From a virus: 64,000 bases of DNA. This document shows, piece after piece, positions 44,748 to 54,815 of this stretch (positions within the stretch are counted from its first letter, which is position 1; every line of letters begins with the position of its first letter). The translations under genes were made by a program, and so were the position numbers. The stretch is taken from the IMG/VR virus record IMGVR_UViG_3300045988_125011; one strand, written 5' to 3'. Below the pieces are notes generated by a model that was not told the origin of the DNA, searched no databases, and saw nothing but the letters and a program-made list of their open reading frames with translations.

Positions 44748-45698
44748 ATGTACAATGCGGAGTTAAAGTCAAGATTCGTTAAGGACTATACCAAGAGTAT
44801 CAACACGGCTAACGTTGCCACAACTGTTTTCGAAGCGTTTGAACCGTATGAAACTTCGTGGAATGCAGACCTCTGTACAAGAGACAGAGAAGAACTGCAG
44901 CCAGCTATCGATGAGATACTTGCACTGCGCTCCAGAAGCCAGTGGATGTCTCTCACGATATTAAAAGAGTATGTAAAATGGTGTATTGCCATGAAGGTTC
45001 CAGACGCTTGCGATGGGATGCTTAATATTGAGGCAGCGGGGTTAGCAAAAGTTAGGCGGCAGATGGTCTCAAGTCCACTCCATCTTCAACGTATTCTTGA
45101 TGAGGTCTTTGACAAAGAGAGCGAAGAGACAATCGATGTCACCTACCGTTGTTATTATTGGATGGCTTTTGGTGGCATCAAAGAAGATGATACACTTCTC
45201 GTAAGAGCGTCTGATATTGACTTCGCCAACATGGAAATTGTCTATCAAGATACGCACGTCCCGCTTTATCGTGAAGCACTGCCAGCGTTCCATAAAGCAG
45301 CAGAACTCAATAGCTTCTGCTACAAGAATCCCAATTACTCTCGAACGATTACACGAGATAGAGTTTCTGGCGATACTTTGATGCGTGGTATTCGCGCAGT
45401 AAAAAAGACCGCGACACTTCGTTCAATTTTATCTAAGAAATCAGCAAAAGCCATTGAAGATGGACTCACCCAGCAACAACTTAGTTTCTACAGAGTATGG
45501 ATGTCAGGGTTATTCTACAGAATGTACGATAGAGAACGAGCCGGTATTCCGGTCGATTTCTCAGAAGCAGCAACAGACTTTGTCGCTGACAGAACTTATG
45601 TGCTCAACGGAAGAATCAAGTTGGAGCACAAGCAGAACCGCATAGAAAAAAATTATATGGAAGATTATCAGCGTTGGAAGCTGGCGTTTTCAATCTAA
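44748..45698 (+). CDS. hypothetical protein
   Basis: 316 aa with RBS aagtaggaggctcgctATG. Confidence 0.5.
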   Translation: MYNAELKSRFVKDYTKSINTANVATTVFEAFEPYETSWNADLCTRDREELQPAIDEILALRSRSQWMSLTILKEYVKWCIAMKVPDACDGMLNIEAAGLAKVRRQMVSSPLHLQRILDEVFDKESEETIDVTYRCYYWMAFGGIKEDDTLLVRASDIDFANMEIVYQDTHVPLYREALPAFHKAAELNSFCYKNPNYSRTITRDRVSGDTLMRGIRAVKKTATLRSILSKKSAKAIEDGLTQQQLSFYRVWMSGLFYRMYDRERAGIPVDFSEAATDFVADRTYVLNGRIKLEHKQNRIEKNYMEDYQRWKLAFSI

Positions 45699-45717
45699 CG
45701 AAGCGAATGAAGAGATT

Positions 45718-45741
45718 CCCACAGAAGTGGGTTTCTCTTTT
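45718..45741 (+). terminator. Rho-independent terminator (cccac-agaa-gtggg-tttctctttt)
   Basis: Hairpin plus T-run. Confidence 0.5.
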
Positions 45742-45746
45742 ACATA

Positions 45747-45770
45747 TATCAACATAATTAAATAACATAC
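45747..45770 (+). promoter_or_regulatory. Conserved 24-bp motif tatcaacataattaaataacatac, copy A, upstream of the 45818 gene
   Basis: Near-identical copy at 49897 (one substitution). Confidence 0.45.
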
Positions 45771-45817
45771 ATCGCCGAACGGCTTAGGTATAAATCTGGA
45801 AAGAAAGGAGAAAGTGT

Positions 45818-46093
45818 ATGGCTTTCAAGAAGACAAAGCAAGAGGCATTGGACTTGCTGCAGGAAAAGGAAAAGCGTCTGGCTGAATTGACAGAAGAGTC
45901 CGCATATGCGGTTCAGATGGTTCAGAACACCATTGATAATCTGCAAGCGGTCAACAGTGACATCCAGACCACGATGGATGAAATCGATACATATATGCAG
46001 CGGTTGAATGATACTCGCAGCAGCCTCAGCACCACTCACGACAAGAATGAAAAAATCATGCAGAACTTCGCCAAGCTGTTGTGCGTTGATTAA
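45818..46093 (+). CDS. hypothetical coiled-coil protein
   Basis: 91 aa. Confidence 0.45.
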   Translation: MAFKKTKQEALDLLQEKEKRLAELTEESAYAVQMVQNTIDNLQAVNSDIQTTMDEIDTYMQRLNDTRSSLSTTHDKNEKIMQNFAKLLCVD

Positions 46094-46105
46094 GGAGGAG
46101 ATTCA

Positions 46106-46684
46106 TTGAGCGAATTAAAGGAAAGATTCCTCGCGGTCTACAAGGAAACAGTTACGCGAGAGGGTTCGGATTCTTTACTGGACTGGCTCGAACATTCTGA
46201 TTTCTTCGTGGCACCGGCTTCGACAAGGTATCATGGATGCTATGAGGGTGGGCTTTTGCAACACTCTCTTAATGTTTATGATTGTTTGAAAATCGGAATC
46301 GAGGCAGCCGGACTACAAGGCACCTATAGCGAGGAAACAATCGCAATTGTTTCTTTGATGCACGACCTTTGTAAAGTCAACTACTACAAAAAGGGCTTTC
46401 GGAATGTCAAAGATGAAGAGACTGGGCAGTGGTATAAAAAAGAGGTTTATGAGGTTGATGAAAAATTTCCCTGTGGAGAACACGCAGATAAGTCTATTAT
46501 CATCCTTCAGAATTTCATTCGCCTTGAGCCAGAAGAAATCTTGGCAATTCGTGCCCACATGGGCGGTTGGGACACCGCAGTAAAAGGTGGTAACGCTTTC
46601 ATTGGTAAGATTTTTGAGCGTAGCAAACTGGCGCTCCTGTTGCATCTTGCCGACATGGGAGCGACATATTTAATGGAGGGGTGA
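46106..46684 (+). CDS. HD-domain phosphohydrolase
   Basis: H...HD...K arrangement (LQHSLNVYD...LMHDLCK). Confidence 0.5.
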   Translation: MSELKERFLAVYKETVTREGSDSLLDWLEHSDFFVAPASTRYHGCYEGGLLQHSLNVYDCLKIGIEAAGLQGTYSEETIAIVSLMHDLCKVNYYKKGFRNVKDEETGQWYKKEVYEVDEKFPCGEHADKSIIILQNFIRLEPEEILAIRAHMGGWDTAVKGGNAFIGKIFERSKLALLLHLADMGATYLMEG

Positions 46685-46685
46685 A

Positions 46686-47381
46686 ATGGCAGAACAGATG
46701 AACATTTATCAGAAACTTGCCAGAATCAGAAAGCAAGTGGAGGTCATCCAGAAGAACAAGAGTGGCTACGGTTACAAGTATGTTTCCGAGGATGAGATTC
46801 TCGCAAAAATCTCGGTATTTATGGACAAGTATGGTCTGTCTCTGATTCCGAATATCAAGCAGGGCAGCACAATTGTGTCCCCATATACATACAAAAAGAC
46901 CAAGACTACCGGCAAGGGTGATATCTATGAAGAAAACAACAACGAGGTCTTGGTTAGCGCAGATATGATGTGGTCTTGGGTTGATAACGACAACCCGGAA
47001 GAGCGTATCGATGTTGAGTGGGCGCTTGTTGGGCAACAGGGAGATGCTTCTCAGGCATTTGGCTCTGGTTTGACATATTCGAATCGTTATTTCCTGCTCA
47101 AGTTCTTCAATATTGCTACACCTGATGCAGACCCTGATGCATTCCGTAGCAAGCAGAGAGCGGCGGAAACAGCAGAGGACAAAATGATTGCCGAGCAAAT
47201 CATTCAGAGTTTTGATGAGACACTGAAAGAGTATCTCAGTGTGCATAAGGATAAAACAGACGATGTTAAAAAGTTTGTATCCAAGTACGCAAAGGGCGGC
47301 AACTACTTTGCAATTACAGAGTCCGTGTTGGCAGGAAAACTTCTGTCGGATTTCAAGGAAACGTTTAAGATTGAGGAGTGA
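46686..47381 (+). CDS. erf: Erf-family single-strand annealing recombinase
   Basis: NIYQKLARIRKQVEVIQKNKSG...YKYVSEDEILAKI...YGLSL matches the Erf N-terminal pattern (P22 Erf YKYRS-EDILE). Confidence 0.65.
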   Translation: MAEQMNIYQKLARIRKQVEVIQKNKSGYGYKYVSEDEILAKISVFMDKYGLSLIPNIKQGSTIVSPYTYKKTKTTGKGDIYEENNNEVLVSADMMWSWVDNDNPEERIDVEWALVGQQGDASQAFGSGLTYSNRYFLLKFFNIATPDADPDAFRSKQRAAETAEDKMIAEQIIQSFDETLKEYLSVHKDKTDDVKKFVSKYAKGGNYFAITESVLAGKLLSDFKETFKIEE

Positions 47382-47387
47382 TACACT

Positions 47388-47759
47388 ATGGGTTTTCGTA
47401 CAGGTGCCTATGCAAAAATTTGGGAAGTAACTCCCATGAGCGACACGAGCACAAAGGTTCGGTTGTCGGTCAGCAGAAAGAACAAGCAGACCAATGAGTA
47501 CGAGCAAGACTTTTCTGGTTTTGTTCTTGCCATTGGGACTGCGGCGGCAAAGAAAGCTGCTTGTCTGAAAGAGGGCGAGCGCATTAAGCTTGGAGACGTT
47601 GATGTCACGACAAAGTACGACAAGGAGAAAAAGGTGACGTACACCAACTTCAAGATGTTCTCCTTTGAAGTTGAGGGCGACGAGAGTAGCTCTCAAACCA
47701 CAGACCCTCAGCCTACGGTTGATGATGGCGAAATTGATGACAGCCGGTTGCCATTCTAA
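47388..47759 (+). CDS. ssb: single-stranded DNA-binding protein (OB fold, acidic C-terminal tail)
   Basis: C-terminal DDGEIDDSRLPF resembles the SSB acidic DDDIPF tail. Confidence 0.55.
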   Translation: MGFRTGAYAKIWEVTPMSDTSTKVRLSVSRKNKQTNEYEQDFSGFVLAIGTAAAKKAACLKEGERIKLGDVDVTTKYDKEKKVTYTNFKMFSFEVEGDESSSQTTDPQPTVDDGEIDDSRLPF

Positions 47760-47770
47760 GGTAATCGCCT

Positions 47771-48556
47771 ATGGGAGAAGTAAACTACGCACCACTCATT
47801 GATGACATGGTGTGGAGCTACTCACGAATAAAGGCTTTTGAGGATTGCCCGTATAGGTGGTACTTGAAGTACATAAAGAAGTTTCATGGTAAGGATATGT
47901 TCTTTTCAAGCTATGGTACTTTTATGCACAAGCTTATTGAGTTGTATCACAAAGGTGAAAAAACGCCAAGGCAGATTGTCGATATGTACTTGCAAGACTT
48001 CAAAACTGAAGTTGTGGGACGTGCTCCAAACAGGAAGGTGTTCAGTAGTTACTTTACTGGCGGCTTGCAATATCTTAAAGCACTTCAGCCATTCCCGTAT
48101 GGCATGGTTGGTGTCGAAAAGAAAGTTGACTTCGTAGTAAACGGTATCCCGTTTGTTGGTTACATAGACTTCCTTGGGGAAAAAGATGGTGACCTATATG
48201 TCGTAGACAACAAGTCGAGGATTTTGAAACCACGAAGCAGCAGAGCAAAACCAACTAAGGCTGACGAAGAGTTGGATGCTTATTTAAGACAGCTTTATAT
48301 CTACTCTGCGGCAGTTGAAGAAGAATATGGTAAGACGCCAAAGAGTCTTTGCTTCAACTGCTTTAGAGATAAGCTGTTTATCATAGAGCCATTTAAGGAA
48401 CAGGCATACGCCGAATCTAAAGAATGGCTTGCAAAGAGCATCGGAAAGATTCGTGAGGAATCAGATTTCAAACCATCAGTAGAGTTTTTCAAATGCACAC
48501 ACCTGTGTGAAATGCAGGATATGTGTGAGTATTACGAGTTGATGAGAAAGAGGTGA
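47771..48556 (+). CDS. PD-(D/E)xK nuclease, Cas4/RecB-like, with a C-terminal Cys cluster
   Basis: EDCPYRWYLKYI...VDNKSR...CTHLCEMQDMCEYY. Confidence 0.55.
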   Translation: MGEVNYAPLIDDMVWSYSRIKAFEDCPYRWYLKYIKKFHGKDMFFSSYGTFMHKLIELYHKGEKTPRQIVDMYLQDFKTEVVGRAPNRKVFSSYFTGGLQYLKALQPFPYGMVGVEKKVDFVVNGIPFVGYIDFLGEKDGDLYVVDNKSRILKPRSSRAKPTKADEELDAYLRQLYIYSAAVEEEYGKTPKSLCFNCFRDKLFIIEPFKEQAYAESKEWLAKSIGKIREESDFKPSVEFFKCTHLCEMQDMCEYYELMRKR

Positions 48557-48580
48557 TGAATTATTAGGGCAAGTGAAGAC

Positions 48581-49894
48581 ATGGCAAGGGTTGAGAGCGA
48601 AGCTGGCATTATCGCTACGCTGATTCATCACCCGGAGTTCTCATATTACTCAGAGCAACTGTTGCCAAACCATTTCACTAACGAGGAGAACCGCTATATC
48701 TATCAGGCAATTTGTTCTCTTGCACGAGACGGGATTACGACGATTGACCCGTATAACATTATCCAAGCGCTGTCTGCGAAAGAAGCGACAAGGCGTTTTG
48801 CAGATGAGCTCAGTATCGACCAGCTCTATACATTGATGGACAACAGTGACAGCATTGCTCGAAATACTGTTGAAGAGTACAAGTTGCTTGTCAACAATGT
48901 TATGGATGCGGCTTTTAGGCGGGATACTTTTCAGCAACTCAAAGAGTGCCAGAAGCTTTGCACTCAGCCGTCCGAAGAAAACATCGAACAGAAAATCTAC
49001 AAGATGCTGGATGATGTGATGATGGAGTTCTCAGCAACAAACGAAGTCCCACCATACAAAGATGTCGTAGATAAATGCTGGGAAGAAATCAAAGGTAGGC
49101 AAGGCGCTGGATACGCAGGTATTCCCTTTAAGTTTCCTGCACTGAACGATTATGCGACCATTGAGCGTGGAGAACTGTTCATCTTTGGCGCAGAGCAAAA
49201 GCAGGGCAAGAGTATGATGCTTTTGAATTGTGCAGTTGACTTGCTGAAGCAGGATTACGCAGTCCTCTATCTGGACAGTGAGCTAAATACGCGACTGTTT
49301 ACATCAAGAATCTTGGCACACCTATCTGGTATTGAGTACAAGCGATTGACATCTGGCAATTATAGCGACGAAGAGGAAAAGCGTATTCTGGATGCAAAGG
49401 AATGGTTAAAAACGCGCAAGTTCACCCATATCTATATCCCAATGTTTGACCAACAGAGTATTTTTACGGCTGTGAATAAGGTGAAACATACGCAAGGGCT
49501 TGATGTTCTTATTGTTGATTACTTCAAGGGTAAAGGCGAGGGCGATGCGTTTGACAGCTATCAAGAGCTTGGCAGATTTGTAGATATGGTGAAGAATCAG
49601 ATTTGTGGTGAGATGAATATTGCTGGTATTGGCGCCGCTCAAGCAACCATTACCGGTAAGCTTGCCGATAGTGCAAAGATTGCTCGTAACGCATCAACCA
49701 TTGCAATGATTTCCGATAAAACCCCAGAGGAAATCGAAGCTGATGGTGCCGAGTGCGGCAACAAAAAACTCCGTGTAACTGTAAACCGTAATGGTATGCA
49801 GATGACGCAGGACGAATACATAGATTTGCTGTTCGATGGAAATCACATCCTCTATGAACAGGCAAAACAGCATATTCCACAGACACCTTTTTAA
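48581..49894 (+). CDS. replicative DNA helicase (DnaB-like)
   Basis: DnaB-type N-terminal domain; Walker A-like FGAEQKQGKSM. Confidence 0.7.
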   Translation: MARVESEAGIIATLIHHPEFSYYSEQLLPNHFTNEENRYIYQAICSLARDGITTIDPYNIIQALSAKEATRRFADELSIDQLYTLMDNSDSIARNTVEEYKLLVNNVMDAAFRRDTFQQLKECQKLCTQPSEENIEQKIYKMLDDVMMEFSATNEVPPYKDVVDKCWEEIKGRQGAGYAGIPFKFPALNDYATIERGELFIFGAEQKQGKSMMLLNCAVDLLKQDYAVLYLDSELNTRLFTSRILAHLSGIEYKRLTSGNYSDEEEKRILDAKEWLKTRKFTHIYIPMFDQQSIFTAVNKVKHTQGLDVLIVDYFKGKGEGDAFDSYQELGRFVDMVKNQICGEMNIAGIGAAQATITGKLADSAKIARNASTIAMISDKTPEEIEADGAECGNKKLRVTVNRNGMQMTQDEYIDLLFDGNHILYEQAKQHIPQTPF

Positions 49895-49896
49895 CC

Positions 49897-49920
49897 TATC
49901 AACATAATTAAATAAAATAC
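49897..49920 (+). promoter_or_regulatory. Conserved 24-bp motif tatcaacataattaaataaaatac, copy B, upstream of the primase gene
   Basis: Matches the copy at 45747. Confidence 0.45.
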
Positions 49921-49930
49921 GGAAGGAGGA

Positions 49931-50917
49931 GTGGGGGTGGAGCTATCTGAGCTGATTGAATCAGTCGATATCCTTGAATATATCTCGCAATATACAGAGT
50001 TCACAGAAAAGAACGGAGAATATTGGGCATTGTCGCCATTCAAAGATGAGAAAACCCCCTCCTTCTCCGTTCGTAAGGAAACAAACTCATTCTACGACTT
50101 TTCATCGGGTATCGGCGGTAACGTACTGACATTCATTCGGTATTACGACAAGTGTGGTTATGCTGAAGCTATCGAAAAACTGAAAAATTACAGCGGAGTC
50201 GATGGTAATGTGGTCAGCAGAAAGAAATTGGCGACAGTTGAGGTCGCCAAGAGGTTTATGCCGCCGAAAAAAGTGCAGAAGCAGTCAAAATCAACTGTGC
50301 TTCCAGACGATTATATGGAACGGTATGAAAAAAGACCGGACAAATTAGCTGTTTGGGAGCGCGAGGGTATATCCAAAGGTTCACTCGACAAGTTTGGCGT
50401 GTACTACGACAGCTTTTCGGATAGATTGGTCTATCCAATACGGAATCCAGATGGAAAAATCGTAAATGTAGGTGGTAGAACGCTTGACCCGGCATGGAAA
50501 GAAAAAGGTTTGCGTAAATACACCTACTTTATGGCGTGGGGTGAGCTGAAAACTATTTATGGTCTTGCAGAAAACATGGAAGGCATCAGGGAAAAGGGAG
50601 AAATCATTCTTTTCGAAGGATGTAAGTCAGTTTTACTCGCAGATACATATGGGGTACAAAACACTGGTGCGATTTTGACATCGCATCTTAATCCGAATCA
50701 GATGAAACTGCTGGTCTCCCTTGGGTGCAGGGTGGTTTTCGCCCTTGACAAGGATGTTTGCATCAGGGACGACCACAATATCAAGCGGTTAAAGCAGTTT
50801 GTCAACGTTGAATACATTTGGGACAAGGAAGATTTGCTTGGCGATAAGGACAGTCCTGTCGATAGAGGTCAAGACACTTGGAAAAAACTCTACGACGGGA
50901 GGCTGTCATGGCGATGA
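49931..50917 (+). CDS. DNA primase (DnaG-like zinc-binding region plus TOPRIM)
   Basis: ALSPFKDEKTPSFSV (DnaG zinc-ribbon region, Cys lost) and TOPRIM-like ILFEGCKSV...FALDKD. Confidence 0.55.
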   Translation: MGVELSELIESVDILEYISQYTEFTEKNGEYWALSPFKDEKTPSFSVRKETNSFYDFSSGIGGNVLTFIRYYDKCGYAEAIEKLKNYSGVDGNVVSRKKLATVEVAKRFMPPKKVQKQSKSTVLPDDYMERYEKRPDKLAVWEREGISKGSLDKFGVYYDSFSDRLVYPIRNPDGKIVNVGGRTLDPAWKEKGLRKYTYFMAWGELKTIYGLAENMEGIREKGEIILFEGCKSVLLADTYGVQNTGAILTSHLNPNQMKLLVSLGCRVVFALDKDVCIRDDHNIKRLKQFVNVEYIWDKEDLLGDKDSPVDRGQDTWKKLYDGRLSWR

Positions 50918-53900
50918 GCAATCAATACACCCTATACCACTTGCATAGTGACCTTTCAAACGGTGTTACCAACATTGACTCCGTTACAAAGTACGGCGAA
51001 TACATAGAGCGTGCCAAAGAGTGCGGCATGAAAGCAATGGCGTTTACGGAGCATGGCTCTGTTTTTGAGTGGTGGCACAAGAAAAGTGCTATCGAAGCTG
51101 CTGGAATGAAGTATATCCACGGCATCGAGGCATATCTTACGCTTAACATCGACGAAAAAATCAGAGACAACTACCACTGTGTCTTGCTTGCGAAGAACTA
51201 CGACGGGTTCTTAGAACTCAACAGCCTTGTGTCTAAGAGTTTCTGCAGAACCGACAACCACTTTTACTACGTCCCACGAATCACGTTCAACGAATTGTTT
51301 GCGACATCTGACAACATTATCATCACTACGGCTTGCGTCGGTGGCGTTCTCGGAAAAGGTGACGAACAGGTTCAGCAGTATTATCTGGATTTTCTTGAAC
51401 GAAATAAGCACCGCTGTTTCTTAGAAGTCGGTCACCACATGGATGAGAAGCAGGTCACCTACAACGAAAAACTGTTATTGCTTAGCAAGAGTACCGGTGT
51501 CCCTTTGATTGCAGGAACTGATACGCACGTCCTCAATGCAGAGCATGAAAAAGGAAGAAGTATCTTACAGGCATCTAAAAACATTACGTTTGATGGCGAA
51601 GAACGTTGGGACTTAAAGTTTAAGACTTATGACGAGTTAGTTGCTGCATATAGAGAGCAAGGGTCGCTTCCAGAAGCAGAATATATGCAAGCCATTGAAA
51701 ACACCAATGTGATGGCAGATATGGTAGAGCCGTTTGAATTAGATAGAGGTACAAAGTACCCACATATCTACTCTGAACCCGAGAAGACGTTCCGTAACAA
51801 GATTCAGACAGCAGTTGAGAACCACCCATATGCACTCAAGCATCACACAAAGGAAGAGTTGCAGAAAACTATCGATGAAGAGTTCGATGTTTATAAGGCA
51901 ACGAAGTCAATTGACTTTATGCTGCTCCAAACTTACTTGCGTGAGTGGGAAAAGCAAAACGATATCCAGTGCGGCTATGGTCGTGGCTCAGTTTCAGGTA
52001 GCATGATTGCGTATCTCTTGGGGATTACGCAGATGGACAGTATGAGGTATGGTTTGAACTTCTTCCGCTTTATGAATCCGTCCCGTGTTACAAATGCTGA
52101 TATTGACACGGACTATTCTGGCAAGGACAGAGAAACAATTAAGCGGTTCCTGCTTAAAGATAAGATGAATCTGCCGAGTATTCGTTCAGCAGAAATTATT
52201 ACCTTTAATACCATTGCACTCAAAGGCGCAATCCGCGATGTTTGCCGCGCTCTCTATAAAGACCGCGCAGACATGAACTATCTTCAAGTGGCAAACCACA
52301 TCTGCAAAGAAGCGGAGCTCCATGAAGATGCTATCCGAAAGAAGTATCCAGATGTCTTCAAGTATGTAGATATCGTTAATGGAACAATCGTCTCCATCGG
52401 TACACACCCGAGTGGAGTCCTTATCAGTGACCTACCTATTGACCAAACGGTTGGTCTGTGCAGTATCTCCACATCCGAGTATCCGGTATCCATGATTAAC
52501 ATGAAAGAGCTGGACGACTTGATGTATGTCAAGCTTGACATCCTTGGCTTGGATAATATCGGTGTCATCAACGATACCTGTAAAATGCTTGGGATTGAGC
52601 GCTTGACGCCAGACAACACTGATATGGAGGATATGAATGTGTGGAGAAGTATCCGAGACGATACGACGCTTATCTTCCAATGGGAGTCTGACAGCGCACA
52701 GCATTATCTAAAGCAGTTCATGTCTGATGCCACGCTCGATATTGCTCGGTCAAAGATTCCAAATTTCTCAATGCTAAAGTGGATGTCATTTGGTAACGGC
52801 TTGCTCCGACCTGCGTGTGCCAGCTTCCGTGATAGTGTAGCCAAAGGCGAGTTTTACGATAACGGTTTTGACGCACTGAATGAGTTCCTTGCTCCAGAAG
52901 CAGGACGAATCGCAATGCAGGAAACCATTATGCAGTTCTTGGTTAAGTTCTGCGGCTACTCAAGCGCGGAATCAGACAACGTCCGCCGAGCGATTGCCAA
53001 GAAAAAAGGAACAGAAAAGCTCTTGCCGGAGATTGAAGAACGCTTTGTGGCTTATTGCTCAAAGGCGTACAAGATGAGTGCAGAGCGTTGCGAAGAGGTT
53101 ATCAAGCCGTTCCTGCAAATCATTCTGGATGCGTCAGCGTATGGCTTCTCGTGGAACCACTCAGACGCTTATTCGTCCATCGGTTATATCTGCGGATATT
53201 TGCGCTACTATTACCCATTGGAGTTCTTAACAGCAGCATTGAATATCTTCGGAGACAATATGGACAAGACTGCTGACATTACAAGCTATGCCCATAAGGT
53301 CGGTATTCGAGTTACGTTGCCTAAATGGGGGTTGTCCAGAGGTGAATACTTCTTCGATAGAGAGCGGAAAATCATCGCCAAGGGTCTCACGTCAATCAAG
53401 TATATGAGCGCTGGTCTTGCCGATGAACTGTACAACCTTGCAGCAAAAAACAAGTATTCCTGTTTTATGGATTTGTTGAAAGACCTCGATGAAAAAACGA
53501 GTATTAACTCAAGGCAGCTTGATATTCTGATTAAGCTTGATTTCTTCTCTGACTTCGGCAATCAGCGTGAGCTGCTTCGGATGGTTGACCTGTTCTTTAA
53601 TATCTTCAAGAGAGGTCAAGCGAAGCAAATCAAAAAGGCTGAGGTTGATGGAACACCACTCGAAGAAATTGTGAAGCGATACGCGGTCGGTGTTACAAAG
53701 TCTGGTGGCGAAGCTAAGAGCTACACACTTCTTGATGTGATGTCAATTTTGCGTGGCGCAGAAGATGCGGTAAAAGCAGTTGGCATGGACGACCTAAGCG
53801 ATATTATCAAAGTCCGTAACTTCTATGATGTGATGGGCTATATCGGATATGTGTCTGGCAATGAAGCGGACAGACGCAAGCTATACATAACAGATATGAA

Positions 53901-54105
53901 GCCACTGGTTCGGAGAAGAGATGGTGAGCAATTTGCTTACAGCGTCTTCACAAAATCAATCGGTAGCGGCAAGGAAAGTAGGTTCACGTTATTCAATCGT
54001 GAGTTTAAGAAAGAACCGGTTAAAGTCGGTGACATTATTTACTGTAAAGGCTACCAGCGCGATGGTGAGTATTTCAAGCTGACAGCGTATGACAAGGTTC
54101 TGTAA
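50908..54105 (+). CDS. DNA polymerase III alpha subunit (DnaE-type, N-terminal PHP domain)
   Basis: YHLHSDLSNG PHP motif; >1060 aa; start set at ATG 50908 after gggagg. Confidence 0.8.
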   Translation: MAMSNQYTLYHLHSDLSNGVTNIDSVTKYGEYIERAKECGMKAMAFTEHGSVFEWWHKKSAIEAAGMKYIHGIEAYLTLNIDEKIRDNYHCVLLAKNYDGFLELNSLVSKSFCRTDNHFYYVPRITFNELFATSDNIIITTACVGGVLGKGDEQVQQYYLDFLERNKHRCFLEVGHHMDEKQVTYNEKLLLLSKSTGVPLIAGTDTHVLNAEHEKGRSILQASKNITFDGEERWDLKFKTYDELVAAYREQGSLPEAEYMQAIENTNVMADMVEPFELDRGTKYPHIYSEPEKTFRNKIQTAVENHPYALKHHTKEELQKTIDEEFDVYKATKSIDFMLLQTYLREWEKQNDIQCGYGRGSVSGSMIAYLLGITQMDSMRYGLNFFRFMNPSRVTNADIDTDYSGKDRETIKRFLLKDKMNLPSIRSAEIITFNTIALKGAIRDVCRALYKDRADMNYLQVANHICKEAELHEDAIRKKYPDVFKYVDIVNGTIVSIGTHPSGVLISDLPIDQTVGLCSISTSEYPVSMINMKELDDLMYVKLDILGLDNIGVINDTCKMLGIERLTPDNTDMEDMNVWRSIRDDTTLIFQWESDSAQHYLKQFMSDATLDIARSKIPNFSMLKWMSFGNGLLRPACASFRDSVAKGEFYDNGFDALNEFLAPEAGRIAMQETIMQFLVKFCGYSSAESDNVRRAIAKKKGTEKLLPEIEERFVAYCSKAYKMSAERCEEVIKPFLQIILDASAYGFSWNHSDAYSSIGYICGYLRYYYPLEFLTAALNIFGDNMDKTADITSYAHKVGIRVTLPKWGLSRGEYFFDRERKIIAKGLTSIKYMSAGLADELYNLAAKNKYSCFMDLLKDLDEKTSINSRQLDILIKLDFFSDFGNQRELLRMVDLFFNIFKRGQAKQIKKAEVDGTPLEEIVKRYAVGVTKSGGEAKSYTLLDVMSILRGAEDAVKAVGMDDLSDIIKVRNFYDVMGYIGYVSGNEADRRKLYITDMKPLVRRRDGEQFAYSVFTKSIGSGKESRFTLFNREFKKEPVKVGDIIYCKGYQRDGEYFKLTAYDKVL

Positions 54106-54119
54106 TTGGAGGTGAAAAC

Positions 54120-54572
54120 ATGGAAGTGTTAACCGGAGACACATTGGCAGAAGCACTATTGTTCTGCTCTCAACAAGAGAATGTTTCAGTGTGTGTCGTA
54201 CTTGATAATATGCGTAATACCAAAGAGCTGGTCGAGATTCTTTGGAGGGAAATAGAGTTGGGGAATCTTCCGGGATGGGTAATGCAAAGAGGATTTGATG
54301 TAGCGTCCTTCTCTAATACATACTCCATTCTAAACACGAAGAAATCATCCGCTATGTATTTCATTACCGCATATGACACGCAAAATTTCAAGGGGCGCAC
54401 ATTTAACCGCATCCTATACCTAAGTGACTTGAACACGGTCATCCTGTCTGAGATTGAACGCTGTGAACAGCCATTGCGGTTTACCGATGGAACATATGGC
54501 GGTGAGGAACTGGACGACTTCCTCAGTGGTTTCAAAATCAAACCTGCTGCTTCAACAGTAAGGGTGATATAA
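54120..54572 (+). CDS. hypothetical protein
   Basis: 150 aa with RBS ggaggtgaaaacATG. Confidence 0.5.
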   Translation: MEVLTGDTLAEALLFCSQQENVSVCVVLDNMRNTKELVEILWREIELGNLPGWVMQRGFDVASFSNTYSILNTKKSSAMYFITAYDTQNFKGRTFNRILYLSDLNTVILSEIERCEQPLRFTDGTYGGEELDDFLSGFKIKPAASTVRVI

Positions 54573-54599
54573 AACACAGATTTTATAAGTGCATAGGAG

Positions 54600-54815
54600 G
54601 TGCGAAACTTGTCAGACAAACGTGTCTGCAATTATTGCGGCAAGGAGCTTGACCTCTTTGACCTGCAGGAAGATTTCTCTATACATAGACAACATATCGG
54701 ATACGGCAGTATCCATGACGGAGACAATGTTGATTTGCAGCTTTGCTGTGACTGCTTCGACAAGCTCGTAAGCGAGTGTAATGTGTCTCCAATTGAGGAG
54801 GTCGATGACGAGTGA
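54600..54815 (+). CDS. small zinc-ribbon protein
   Basis: CNYCGKE...CCDCFDK. Confidence 0.4.
   Translation: MRNLSDKRVCNYCGKELDLFDLQEDFSIHRQHIGYGSIHDGDNVDLQLCCDCFDKLVSECNVSPIEEVDDE

Noticed and set aside
46599-47696. 365-aa minus-strand ORF across the Erf and SSB genes
   Set aside because: It is antisense to two well-supported + strand genes with recognisable motifs.
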